DNA of 64,000 nucleotides, from positions 35,898,001 through 35,962,000 of the forward strand of contig NW_025964334.1 of assembly GCF_023055435.1 (NCBI RefSeq). The letters run 5' to 3'. Of this stretch, positions 50,796 to 63,687 are shown piece by piece. Each line of letters begins with the position of its first letter. Position 1 is the stretch's first letter. The position numbers and the translations under genes are program-made. The stretch is from Haliotis rufescens. Its lineage: Eukaryota. Below the pieces are notes generated by a model. That model was not told where the DNA came from and ran no database searches. It saw only the letters and a list, made by a program, of their open reading frames with translations.

Positions 50796-51067
50796 GTGAG
50801 TTGTGTTTAACGCTGCTTTTAACAGTATTCCAGTTATATCACAGCGTGTCAGCTTAATTTTGGAGGAAAGCCCGAAGTGATGCAGGTCTCAGACGTTTAC
50901 CACTTCGGTGAAACCCACGAGCACGGGTATGGTACTGACAAACCTAGAAACATAATCGGGGCGAACCGGGATTCGAACCCACAATCAGAGGTTTCTGGCG
51001 TGCCCAAGGGACGCAACTCTGCACAGCGAATCGCGGCGCCTTAGACGACTGGGCCACCCGTGGCCCC
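50796..51067 (-). mobile_element. SINE family D copy
   Basis: Near-identical to 44508-44788. Confidence 0.85.
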
Positions 51068-51169
51068 TGGTCCAGATTTGATTAGTTACATGCTGCCATC
51101 ATATAGCTGGAATATTGCCAGTGCAGCCTTTAACAAAAAACAAGTGCTTGGATGGGTGACAGCATTCGG

Positions 51170-51470
51170 CAGCTTGGTTCCTGAGAGTTTCAAGGGCTTG
51201 GATCCTGTCCCACACAGGTAGCACATGTGATGTCTCCTCCAGCAAGTGACTTTGTCGAAATATGCCTCAGTAAATGGGTACCCGGGAGGATGTGATGGTA
51301 AAAAATATGACTGTTAACATTCTTGCGCCTCAAAGGCAGCTTTTCGTATCCTTCCCAGGGGGATAGGAATGAAAATTGAGTGCAACCTGATCCATTGATC
51401 TGCATAATATTGTTGATAATACTTATTGATAGATTTGATGCTCTACAAATAATAATGATGATAATAATAA
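51170..51470 (+). mobile_element. Second family E copy
   Basis: Shared blocks with 22150-22415. Confidence 0.55.
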
Positions 51471-53394
51471 TAGAAAAAGGAGAAAAGAAAAGAAAAAAGA
51501 AAATGATAACAATTCAAACACACTCGTTGAACACATTTATTCATTGTGTACATAGTCATTTATTCATAAGTCAACATGATGTAATGACAGTTCGAAGAAA
51601 AGTCCTGAAAGAATAAAGGTTCTATTTCTCTGTATCAACAAGACAGAGCCCTGAGCATGCTGAGGGGTCTCCATATTTATCTTGTATCAAAATTAACAAC
51701 TTTCAAAACTTTTGTTAAATTTCATAATTAATTCAGATTTGAAGTTAAGTCCTATAATGGCCACTATTGCCAAACAATGGTAAATATAGTATTGAATGGT
51801 CAGTCTATGCAGAGACAATATGTAAACAGTGATAGATCATATAGGAAAGAAATATATTAAAGGACATAGAAATATCATAGAAATTTAATTCTTACAGAAT
51901 ATCTACCTGAGACGGGATCATATCATATTATGATTTTATTAGAATAAGTATTAAAAAAAACAAAATATATTTGTTTCTATCCTACAACAAAACTGATGCC
52001 ACTTAATTTCTTCTTACAAAAGGTATAGCGAATGAAACTTAAGGTTTAGTATTTAGGCCCTCTGTTACATATTGTGAGAGAAAAATTAATTTTTTGTTTA
52101 AATTTAATTAAACAATGAGCCCAAAGTTATAGGCTCTAGGTTTAAAGAAATATTACCAACGTTGCAAGTTACTAGACCAAAACTTTTTCAAACAATTTTC
52201 CTCAAAACTTCTTTCCTTTCTGCTTTTGTCCTACACTTAAACTGTCAGTAAGAATTGCAAATGTAATATACAGTGGCATGTAGAGATAGATTAGTTTTAG
52301 TCTTGCAGCAAACACCCCCAAAATGCCAATTATTTTAAGAAAAAATCCATTTTCGAAAATGGAGCAAGTGGATTCTCAATCTACCGGTAATAGTTTGGGT
52401 CTGAGTGTACATTTCATCTATGTTGCTTAAACATGCCCTTGCAATTGTCATGCGTTAGATTCAGGAACAAGACCTGTTGCCAAGGATAGAAACTAATAAA
52501 GCAGAACCTGAAATTACATAATTCTTTTCTCAAAAAAGAAAAGAAGATATAGTCCTATTGAAAACCTAGAAGTAAATCATCTTGTTTAATATCCCCGTAT
52601 ATAATCCTGACAACCTGTTTATCAAGGAATCTTAACATATATCTTTGTTGTTAAAAAACAGAAAGTTGCTATCTTGGTTCTAGTTACAAGCAGTTATTGA
52701 CCATATACGGACGGACAATACTCCACAGAAATCAAGCTCATAAAGCAAGTGATATATGTAGGAAAAGTTCTCCATAAAATGTTCATCTACTGAAGCACTC
52801 ATTCTACTCTACTCAGCATTATCTACCACATTCACACAATGCCCATACCTTGCAGCAGGAAAAGTAAACCTCAAAGAACAGAAAACACCCCAAAAAGTAA
52901 CAAGAAAACTCAACAAAGCTGAACGACTAAAAAATAATTAAACAATTCTGAATTTGTTCTTCTATTATCACATGTTAAGACTGTTCTGTAATCATAACTG
53001 ATTATCAGTGGTTCAATGTGGGGAATAAATAATAGTTGACTAGATGGCTGTGATTGGTCATCTTGGAAATAGGTTGGCCAATCACAGAGTGTTATTAAAA
53101 TATTAATACATATAATATACTACACAAAGCGATTTCTGAGTGACTTATAAATGATCTATGCACAATCACTGATATTTACTACTAAAATGAGGTTAAAGAA
53201 CACACGATTCTTTCTTTTATATGACCATAGTTAATCAGTCATGAAAAGTCATATGAAAGAATCGAGTCCTTAACTTTCTTTGAGTAGTATAGTTTCAGGG
53301 TACCTGGGTCTTCACTGTTGATGGCAAGAGATTGTTTTTAAACATCCATATCAGCCTATAGAAACAACACTAAGACACTATAATCTCACGCTTT

Positions 53395-53610
53395 GCTTGT
53401 TTGTTGTTTAGTGCCACAATCAGCATTATTCCAGCAATATGATGGCAGCCTGTAAATAATCGAGTCTGGACTAGACAATCCAGTGGTTGATATTATGAAC
53501 AACGATCTACGCCTTCGTGGTTCGATGAAACGCCATTAACCATATCTGACCACTTGATCCATTAAGTCGGCTCTTAAAACAAGCATAGAATGCTGGAGAC
53601 CAATTCTAAC
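53395..53610 (-). mobile_element. Family C copy (diverged)
   Basis: Reverse-complement match. Confidence 0.68.
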
Positions 53611-53738
53611 TCACAATCCCCATGGGGTAATCTCATGCTACATGGTGTATGAGTATTCATAATACCCTACAAATGAAAGAGTAATGGAACAAACCTCCAA
53701 CAGAATTCTCATCTTTATCAGTTGTTCATCACACTGTT

Positions 53739-54413
53739 AGTGAGTGAGTGAGTTGGGTTAAACGCCTCTTTTAACAGTATTCCAGTTATATCATAGCGTG
53801 TCAGCTTAATGTGGGAGGAAAGCCCGAAGTGATGCAGGTCTCAGACGTTTACCACTTCAGTGAAACCCACGAGCACGGGTATGGTGCTGACAAATCTAGA
53901 AACATAATCAGGGTGAACCGGGATTCGAACCCAAAATCATAGGTTTCTGGCGAGCCCAAGAGACGCAACTCTGCACAGCGAATCGCGGCACCTTAGACGA
54001 CTGTGCCACCCGTGTCCCCCATCACACTGTTAACAAGTGAGTGAGTGAGTGACTATAGTACGACACTGCTTTGAACAGTATTCCAGTCACAGCATGTCAT
54101 GTTAATGTGGGAGGAAAGCCTGAAGGGATGCAGGTCTCAGACGTTTACCACTTCGGTGAAACCCACGAGCACGGGTATGGTGCTGACAAACCTAGAAACA
54201 TAATCGGGGCGAACCAGGATTTAAACCCACAATCAAAGGTTTCCGGCCTTACCACTTTGGTGACACCCACACGGGTATGGAGCTGGTAACCCTAGAAACA
54301 CAATCGGGGCGAACCGGGATTCAAACCCACAATCAAAGGTTTCCGGCCTGCACAAGGGACACAACTGCACAGCGAATTGCAGCGGCTTAGAGGACTAGGC
54401 CACCCATGTCCCC
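53739..54413 (-). mobile_element. Two tandem SINE family D copies, the second with an internal duplication
   Basis: Copies at ~53739-54020 and ~54037-54413; segment ~54148-54248 repeated at ~54249-54348. Confidence 0.82.
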
Positions 54414-55107
54414 CACTGTTAACAGTTGTAACGATCTCCACAGAAATTCTTCATTCTATACATTTTGTCTCAGTTTCTCCCTCAATCATTACAATCCTAA
54501 ATCATCACAGATTATCTGCCCTTTTTTCCTTAGTCTCGTACATCCATTCAGCTCAACTCAATCCCATTGTCATTGCAAGTCCTCTAAGTCAGCACTGAAA
54601 ACACCCAATTAACTTAATTCATGTAAATAATCACAGGATGCATAAATTCATAGATATAAAAATATCATTATGTTCAGTTGAACTATTCCTACATGCCAGT
54701 ATCCCTGCTGTGACCTTGGGTAGGGGACCTGCTTCAACCTTTGTCGTTATCACACAGCCTCCCATCTTGTTCACTGAATGATTTTTTATTTGTTTTTCCC
54801 CTGCCACTGTTAAGTTAAGAAAAAAACAACCTTTATCTGGCAAAAAAAGCTTTCTTGTTTCTATAATATATACCAGGAATGAAATTAAGCACCACCTTCT
54901 GTATAAATCTACATTAAAATAGCCACTTCTAAACATCATATTCTGTATTTATTACCTGACGAAATACATTTGTTTTTGTTTACAAAATGACATACTCGTA
55001 TTGAACTATAACATTTACTATCCAATTGCATTTGTTCCAATGGCAAGAATACTGCTGTGCAGCATCAGGTAACAAACACTTACATTTATATGCAAATTGG
55101 TGGCGTG

Positions 55108-55970
55108 TGGGTGCTTCTGGTAGGGCAGGAAATGCTTACCCTTTTCGCAAAAACCTGGTGTCATAACTGATTTTTAGTGATCCATTCATACAATTTTTAC
55201 TTCTATTTTGTCCCTGATGAGATCTATTTCGTCGGATAAAGACTGATTATTCTGTGGCGTTGATGTTTTATACAATATTGTAACAATTCCATGGCAATAT
55301 GGATGGTACCGGTAGGGCAGGAAATGCTTACCCTTTTCGCAAACACCTGGTGTCATAACTGATTTTTAGTGATCCATTCATAAAATTTTCACTTCTATTT
55401 TGTCCCTGATGAGATCTATTTCGGTGGATAAAGACTGATTATTCTGTGGCGTTGATGTTTTATACAATATTGTAACAATTCCATGGCAATATGGGTGGTA
55501 CCGGTAGGGCAGGAAATGCTTACCATTTTCGCGAACACCTGGTGTCATAACTGATTTTTAGTGATCCATTCATAAAATTTTCACTTCTATTTTGTCCCTG
55601 ATGAGATCTATTTCGGTGGATAAAGACTGATTATTCCTCGCGTTGATGTTTTATACAATATTGTAACAATTCCATGGCAATATGGGTGGTACCGGTAGGG
55701 CAGGAAATGCTTACCATTTTCACGAACACCTGGTGTCATAACTGATTTTTAGTGATCCATTCATAAAATTTTCACTTCTATTTTGTCCCTGATGAGATCT
55801 ATTTCGGTGGATAAAGACTGATTATTCCTCGCGTTGATGTTTTATACAATATTGTAGCAATTCCATGGCAATATGGGTGCTACTGGTAGGGCAGGAAATG
55901 CTAACCATTTTCGCAAACACCTGGTGTCATAACTGATTTTTAGTGACCTATTCATACAATTTTCACTTCT
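55108..55970. repeat. Tandem repeat, ~192-bp unit, ~4.4 copies, derived from a dispersed element
   Basis: GGTAGGGCAGGAAATGCTTACC at 55119, 55311, 55503, 55694 and 55885; same motif inverted at ~61981-62018. Confidence 0.92.
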
Positions 55971-56156
55971 AATATAGCACCATGGCTTTTAATAAAAATT
56001 GATATGGTCAGGCGTGAACTGTCAAATCTTGAAAGTGTAACAGATGTGGTTGTCCACTGCTACTGTTAAGTCACATAAGGCACAGGAGACCTCATGACAA
56101 GCTAGGCGGACTACTGTATGTACCAGACACTATAGGACAGCTCGGAACATACAATG

Positions 56157-56508
56157 CTCCATCTTCCCGAGGCAAAGGAGTTAACTGACTATAAAAGTCC
56201 AGTTTCCACCCTTGCCAAACTAGGCTGGTATTATGGAGTTACATTTTGTCTGGACTAACGAGTCTATGCATAGTCCAATCAAAATCGCACACCGAAATCA
56301 AAATCCAGTTCGTAAACTGTCATGCAGATTTTGATCAATTGCAGGATTGGCAAAGCATGTGCATCGCCAATTCGTTGTCAGCAGATATTTTCCATATCCT
56401 TTCATGTTTTTAATCAAGGTGCTCACATGATTTGATGTATTTGGCGATGTAAGACCCGTTTTATCACAATATAGATCTTGATTATTGATCAGATTGTCCT
56501 TACTGGGC
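56157..56508 (+). mobile_element. Truncated copy of the 58010-58575 element
   Basis: Colinear similarity to 58017-58376 over ~350 bp. Confidence 0.78.
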
Positions 56509-56899
56509 ACAGGGTTTCGTGGTTTTTATTTACTGATTGTGGTACATTGTATTCCAATAGATACCTCCCCACCCCAATGGAATTTAAAGGGAGACCTCTG
56601 GAGTTTAACAGGCAGTCCTTGCAAACTGTAAAGCCACTTTCTTTGTCTGTAAATTGAATATTTTTTAGTAATATCAATCTAGACCTAGACAGAAGATTGT
56701 CCCCAGAGAGTGGAACCTCTCTTTAACACTGCACCATAATGGAAGTTTTACATTCTTCATAATTGTTGCATTGTTCTCAGAAAAAAATCATCATTACTCG
56801 GACACAATTCGAGTCATGCTTAGAATTTTGTGCCAATCAGCTGTAGTGCTCAACTTGCTCAATGCCTGTATGGAGAATGTACGTCTCATGGAGATTACC

Positions 56900-57282
56900 T
56901 TTCATGGTCACGTTCAAGATTATTGCACTTATATAGCGACGTGCATGCACATGTGTCTGTGTGTGTGTGGCTGCTTGTACTAGTCCGGACTGATGCCGAT
57001 TTATAGTGCTAGCCCACTGCCATTTAAGATGAATACCCCACTCAGACACAGTATACTGACTCCGAGCCGACCAGTCCTTATTTTAGCCCCTTAATGTCGA
57101 GCGTCAGACAGGGTAACAACAAGTACCATTTTTTAACGTCTTTTGGTATGGCGCGGCCGGGGATCGAACCACGAACCAAAGCTCTCCGGGCGGACACTCT
57201 ACCACTAGACCACGGAGCGGTCAGTCACCCTCAAACCTTAGCTCTCTGGGCGGATGCTCTACCACTAGACCATGGAGGCGGT
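56900..57282 (-). mobile_element. SINE family B copy with duplicated tRNA head
   Basis: Reverse-complement match; two A-box heads joined by the linker GAGGGTGACTGACCGCTCC. Confidence 0.8.
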
Positions 57283-58009
57283 CCTACCTCTCATGATGAA
57301 TTATAGTATGCATCTTAATGACCACATCTGTTACCATGGTTACTGTAATTCACCAAATATTGAGAAACAAAGTTCAGGCAGTCATTCATAACATCCACAC
57401 GACTATGTCACAAATACAGCATCACCAGTATACTCAATCACGTAAGCACATTGTAGCTTGCACCATAGAAAACTTCGCTTCGCATAAATTCTCAAAAACA
57501 AAATTTAAAAAATACAAATAAACAAAACATAATGAGTGCTATGTACAACTGTGTAATACATATATACATCTTTTACATATGTGTGTCATGCTATCTCAAC
57601 ATATGGAATTCTATCACTTTGGCAAAAATGAAAACATCTGGCAAATCATATATACATATGCTAGATTGAAATTATGGACTGGACGATCATGAAATCACCT
57701 GCAGCAGGGGTTAAAATAATAATATCTTTGGACAACAATACAATATGTCTTACAACAAAACAAAGAGTATTCAGGATACATTGGTGTAGCTTTGTGGTAT
57801 TGAGATGATATATACTTAACAAAAAAAATTAGGGATCATGAAATAATTCTTTTCTTAATCATCAATTTCATTCAAAAACTTTTAACATTATAACAAATAT
57901 ATTCATAATCCATGAGCTTTTTTGTTCGGTATATTTGCCAAGGAAAAGAAGCAGCTAAACTCAATGGCAGTTAACTTCTCACAGAAAGAGATTCAAAGCT
58001 TACCGTAGA

Positions 58010-58575
58010 CCTAGGGCCATCTACCCGCGGCAAAGGTGTTAACTGATTTTATAAGAAAGTCCAGTTTCGACCCCTTGCCGAACTAGGCTGGTATTATAGA
58101 TTACCGGTACATTTGGGCTGGACTAACGAGTCTATGCATAGTCCAATCAAAATCGTGCAACAGAATCAAATCCAGTTCGTAAACTGTCGTGCAGATTTCG
58201 ATCGAATGCAGGATTTGCAAAGCATGTGCACCACCAACTCGTTGTCAAGAGATATTTTCCAAATCTTTTCATGTTTTTAATGAAGGTGCTCGCGTGATTT
58301 GATGCTTTTCGTGACGTAAGACCCGTTTTATCACAATATAGATCTTGATTATTGATTAGATCGTCTTGACTGGGCGCCGCCATTTTATTTAAAGCAAATG
58401 CAAGTGATATGACAGGTGGAATCTGATTGGTCCATAGGAGAGGCTTGGAAAGGACATAACTCATAATAGCCACTGGTGGCGCCACGATCGAGCCCAGGAA
58501 TTCCAGCCGAGTTCGGCAAGGGTGGAAACCGGACTTTCATAGTCAGTTAACTCTCTTAGGTGAAGATGACCTAAG
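58010..58575. mobile_element. Non-autonomous DNA transposon (~565 bp) with ~70-bp imperfect TIRs
   Basis: Left GTTAACTGA...AAAGTCCAGTTTC.ACCC.TTGCCGAACTAGGCTGG is inverted at 58503-58572; a second truncated copy is at 56157-56508. Confidence 0.75.
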
Positions 58576-59615
58576 GCATGTTCAACAAAGCAACCGTAGG
58601 GTAACATGAATGTTGGAACTCACTGCACTCATTGTGACCCGGAAGGTAGATGTGGCCTCAAGGACTGTGTCTCAAAACCTGACCTGAACTTGAGTACCCA
58701 ATTTCAACAGAAACATGCCAGATGATCGACATTTTGTTGTTTTATCTTGGCATCATCTAAGTTGACTTCGCTCAGACACTGAAGCCACTTCCCATCCATG
58801 TCTGCAACATGCTTGTCAGAGAAGTGAGGATGTGAGTTATCCCCCCTGGTTGTGAGTCCCTCTAAACCCTGCTTGTGCTTGGGTAGCTGTCAAAGCCCTA
58901 ACACTGACACAGACTTAGATAGTCTGAGAAGGGATTTTGAATAAGTATGGTTGCACGCCGCTTTGGGCAATATTCAAGCAATATCACGGCAGGAGACACC
59001 AGAAATGGGCTTCAAACATTGCTCCCATGTTGCGACCTTGAAAAATATTATATAACATTTATTTATTATGGGTTTAGGTTTTGTATTAGGAGGAATGATA
59101 TTCAATACTTGTGTTCACAATGAGTAAGGATATTTTACTGCTAAATATCATTATCTTTTTGGTTCCTAGTTTTAAAGAAGTGATGACACAATGTTACACA
59201 ATTGAGGGGCAACTTATTGATTTTATTGAGTCAAATCTGAGATCCATGATAGCACTGGGCTACTGTGAGATCAATCTGTTTGTAGCAAAAATGTACATAA
59301 GCAGGATCCAGTTGATGTTTTTTGTGTGATGATTTTACTGATGAGGCATGAACACTTGAAACTGATAAACTGATTATCAGTCATTTTGCTGAAAGTGACG
59401 ATGAATGTTTTTTGAAGTGAATCACAACCCCATACAACTATAAATAAACATTTCATTGCATGATGCTCATGTGGCAGTGTGGTGTGGGATGAATCAGTTA
59501 GTCGACTGTCGTGTTATATTGTCGGAACGTCTTCACCAGAACATATGACACCCTGCCCTGTCACAATAAAGTCATACATACATTACCTTTGGTGTCTTTG
59601 ACATAAAAAGCCATG

Positions 59616-59917
59616 AGTGAGTGATTTGGTATTACACCTTTTATATTATAATATTATAATATTCCAACATCACAACAGAAGTAGGCTTCACACATTGTAC
59701 CCAAGTGAGACCGAAACCAGGCCTTCGGTGTGATGAGCGAACACTTTAACCACTAGGCCACACCACCATCCTTAAGTAAGCCTTGAAACCTGACTGACCA
59801 CCCATCTCATAGTGAGTGAGTAAGTGAGTGAGTATGGTTTTACGCCGCTTTTAGCAATATTCCTTCAATATCTCGACGGGGGACACCAGAAATAGGCTTC
59901 ACACATTGTACCAATGT
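59616..59917 (-). mobile_element. Two adjacent SINE family A copies or fragments
   Basis: Reverse-complement matches at ~59616-59770 and ~59811-59917; another fragment at ~58945-59030. Confidence 0.7.
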
Positions 59918-60866
59918 CGCCCCTCCCATAGACCAGCAATGGACAATCAAACTAAGAGTGACTGAGTGAGTTGGGTTTGATGCTTCCATCACCTATACCA
60001 GACATTGGTCCTTCTTAACCACGTAGTGTGTCGTTTACACTACATAACAATTACAAAAGTAGCCAAATTCTACGACTATTACAGCTAAATGTATAATTCA
60101 AGACTAGAATTTGCAAAATGCAAACATTGTTGACAAATATGGAACATATCCAAAAAAAATCTCTTCCTGAGTTGTTTATGGTTTAAACATCTAGGAATGC
60201 TATTTTCTTTGTTTCATAGTGGTTACCATGGTTACAGGTTGGTCTTTCAGATGTAAACAGCCACATTTGGCTGCTTTTTTCTTAAACAAGGATAGATGTA
60301 CTGCTTATTTAAAAGAAACAAGTCTGAAAAAAGAAGAAGAATATTAACAAGGTTTCTACTAGTTTTGGTTTTATCAGGAATAAAAAAACAAGATGCCAAA
60401 CATAATTGGTGTTCATTTTTGGTATTTATACATTTTTTTTAGTTTTTATGAACATATCAACATGATCAAATTACAGCAGGACTCATTAACCAGCATTGTA
60501 AAATAATAACTGATTCTAGCCCAATAAAACACCTTAAATATTGGTAAACTTGGTACCTATTTCTAGGATGCCATTTTGTAAGCACACACTGAAGATAGGT
60601 TTTAATTGAACAAAATAATCATTCTGGAATGTGGTACATAACAGGTAAACCTTGCATGTTTTCAATTTCATTAAAAAAAACATACTTTGAAACAACTGAA
60701 CTGAACACATGTTCCAGTAAAACACATTTGATATATACTGGTTCTACATCTATAGCTGTGGATGTGTGTGTGACTCAGATGTGGAGTTTCTAAGGGAAAT
60801 AACCCTGCAAGCCTAAATGCTGGATTCGAGCACCAGAGGGAGCCTCCATCACTGAAGAGTGGGACA

Positions 60867-60907
60867 TCAGTGTGTTAGAGCTGGCTGATGACGGGCGTCA
60901 ATCATGT
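60867..60907 (-). CDS. KIAA0930: KIAA0930-like last coding exon
   Basis: ccttctttccag| acceptor (phase 1); DMIDARHQPALTH-stop, comparable to the human ending DILEVRQKPILMT. Confidence 0.82.
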
Positions 60908-61176
60908 CTGGAAAGAAGGATACAATCAATCATTCTCTCTACGTGAATACTAAATGTCAATCAAGTAAGGTGAGTTGTTATATATTTAATGTGATTAATG
61001 ACGATTAAGTGATGATGATGATTCAACACTAAATAAAAGCGACAAAACACTTTCCATAATCACATGAATATTTTTCGCTGTAAGCCGAGTCCATTACACG
61101 ATTAAAACTATATCATAAGCATATGGTTAATTGTTATGTTATGTGTATTGTACATGCACATGTTTGCTGAAAAAGA

Positions 61177-61968
61177 GTCCGCCCCCGTGGTCTAGTGGTA
61201 GAGCGTCTCCCCGGAGAGCAGAAGGTGGAGGGTTTGATCCCTGCCTGGAGAGCTAAGGTTCGAGGGTGACTGACCGCTCCGTGGTCTAGTGGTAGAGCGT
61301 CCGCCCAGAGAGCTAAGGCTCGAGGGTGAATGACCGCTCATGGTCCTGTGGTAGAGCGTCCGCCCAGAGAGCTAAGGCTCGAGGGTGACTGACCGCTCAT
61401 GGTCCTGTGGTAGAGCATCCGCCCAGAGAGCTAAGGCTCGAGGGTGACTGACCGCTCATGGTCCTGTGGTAGAGCGTCCGCCCAGAGAGCTAAGGCTCGA
61501 GGGTGACTGACCGCTAATGGTCCTGTGGTAGAGCGTCCGCCCAGAGAGCTAAGGCTCGAGGGTGACTGACCGCTCATGGTCCTGTGGTAGAGCGTCCGCC
61601 CAGAGAGCTAAGGCTCGAGGGTGACTGACCGCTCATGGTCCTGTGGTAGAGCGTCCGCCCAGAGAGCTAAGGCTTGAAGTTCGATCCCCGGCCGTGTCAT
61701 ACCAAAAGACGTTAAAAGATGGTACTTGTTGTTTCCCTGCCTGGCCCTCGGCATTAAGGGGCTAAAACAAGGACTGGTCGGCTCGGAGTCAGTAAAATGT
61801 GTCTGAGTGAGGCATTCATGTTAAACTGCGGCATGGCATCTCAGTGGGCTAGCACTATAAAATTTGGCAGTCTGTACTAGTACAAGCAGCCACACACAGA
61901 CAGTCACACACATCGCTATATAAGTGCAATAATCTTGAACGCGACGTTTAAGACCCACCTCACCTCAC
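61177..61968 (+). mobile_element. SINE family B copy with internal 59-bp tandem array of the head (~61250-61675)
   Basis: Family B body and tail preceded by ~7 tandem 59-bp head units. Confidence 0.85.
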
Positions 61969-62040
61969 TATACTGCTAAAAAAAGGGTAAGTGCTTCCTG
62001 CCCTACTGGTGGCACCCGAAACAAACAAGCCTGTACCTAC

Positions 62041-62193
62041 CTGCGATGATTCTATGCCATGGTAGGGTGATGTATGTAAGGTAAGCGTTGAGGGCCACAC
62101 TACTAGCTCGCTTCTGTTCCTTGAACCAGTGCCATGCCTGACCAAAGGACTTGCCCCAGAAACCATTGTACTGATCCAAGTTGGTGTTTAACT
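62041..62193 (-). CDS. KIAA0930: KIAA0930-like exon
   Basis: tttctttgcag| ... CAG|gtaggt; 153 nt, phase 1-1. ELNTNLDQYNGFWGKSFGQAWHWFKEQKRASSVALNAYLTYITLPWHRIIA resembles the human KIAA0930 C-terminal LTYVTLPLHRILT. Confidence 0.85.
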
Positions 62194-62468
62194 CTGCAAA
62201 GAAACACTGGTGTGGTGACTGGTACACTAACATAAAGAGGGATACATGGTACAAGTGAGTCAGGACGTGAGTGATGCACACACTGTAAACACCCAATCTC
62301 CTCTTACAGCAGCTCTCGGATGCTGGGATCTTTATTCTCTTCGAGCATCCCAGCAGTGTGTACGGGTCACCAGTCTCATGCTACAGATGACACGAAGATC
62401 ATGCAACATAAGACATGCTTTAATCTGGACATCATTGCCTCCCACCTCAGACAAGCAAGAAAGTAAAG

Positions 62469-63292
62469 CTATGTTGGCTACCACTACCCAGTAAGAGAAG
62501 CCATGTTGGCTACCACTACCCAGTAAGAGAAGCAATGTTGGCTACCACTACCCAGTAAGTGAGGCAATGTTGGTTACCACTACCCAGTAAGACAAGCAAT
62601 GTTGGCCTACCTACTACCCAGTAAGTGAAGCAATGTTGGCTACCACTACCCAGTAAGAGAAGCAATGTTGGTTACCATCTACCAGTGAGAGAAGCCATGT
62701 TGGCTACCACTACCCAGTAAGTGAAGCAATGTTGGCTACCACTACCCAGTAAGAGAAGCCATGTTGGCCTACCCACTACCCAGTAAGTGAGGCAATGTTG
62801 GCTACCACTACCCAGTAAGAGAAGCCATGTTGGCTACCACTACCCAGTAAGAGAAGCCATGTTGGCCTACCCACTACCCAGTAAGTGAGGCAATGTTGGC
62901 TACCACTACCCAGTAAGAGAAGCCATGTTGGCTACCACTACCCAGTAAGAGAAGCAATGTTGGCTACCACTACCCAGTAAGTGAGGCAATGTTGGTTACC
63001 ACTACCCAGTAAGAGAAGCAATGTTGGTTACCATCTACCAGTGAGAGAAGCCATGTTGGCTACCACTACCCAGTAAGTGAAGCAATGTTGGCTACCACTA
63101 CCCAGTAAGAGAAGCCATGTTGGCCTACCCACTACCCAGTAAGTGAAGCAATGTTGGCTACCACTACCCAGTAAGAGAAGCAATGTTGGCTACCACTACC
63201 CAGTAAGAGAAGCAATGTTGGCTACCACTACCCAGTAAGAGAAGCAATGTTGGCCTACCCACTACCCAGTAAGAGAAGCAATGTTGGCCTAC
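62469..63292. repeat. Minisatellite, ~32-bp unit, ~25 copies (KIAA0930 intron)
   Basis: Unit ATGTTGGCTACCACTACCCAGTAAGAGAAGCM. Confidence 0.95.
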
Positions 63293-63467
63293 CCTCTTGT
63301 AGTGTGCCTGCCTCCACTTCATGGCATCCATCGTCAGCGATGGTTTCTACATTTTCTGTTTCTGATTGCGACTTCTTCATCCCAACTGCTCGTCGAAACC
63401 CGCCGCGCATCAGCGAACTGAACCCTGAGCTGGGATCACTCATTCTCCTCTGTGCATACTGGTTTTG
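63293..63467 (-). CDS. KIAA0930: KIAA0930-like exon
   Basis: ttcccccag| acceptor (phase 0), QNQYAQRRMSDPSSGFSSLMRGGFRRAVGMKKSQSETEN...LQE, G|gtaggc donor (phase 1); 175 nt, phases consistent with both neighbours. Confidence 0.82.
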
Positions 63468-63687
63468 CTGGGGGAACACAATTCATTCCACATTAAATGT
63501 AGATCAGATTCTGCCCTACATGTTCTTGCATGTTTGACAGAAAAAGATTTGATTTCTGTTTCAGCTTTTAATGTGTTTAATTCAGTGCATTTATTATATG
63601 TTAAGAAGGCTGCTGGTTGTGATCTAGTTTGATGAATTTAGGATTTGTTGAGTATACAGAGCCTCTCCTCTATTTGATGAAATACCT

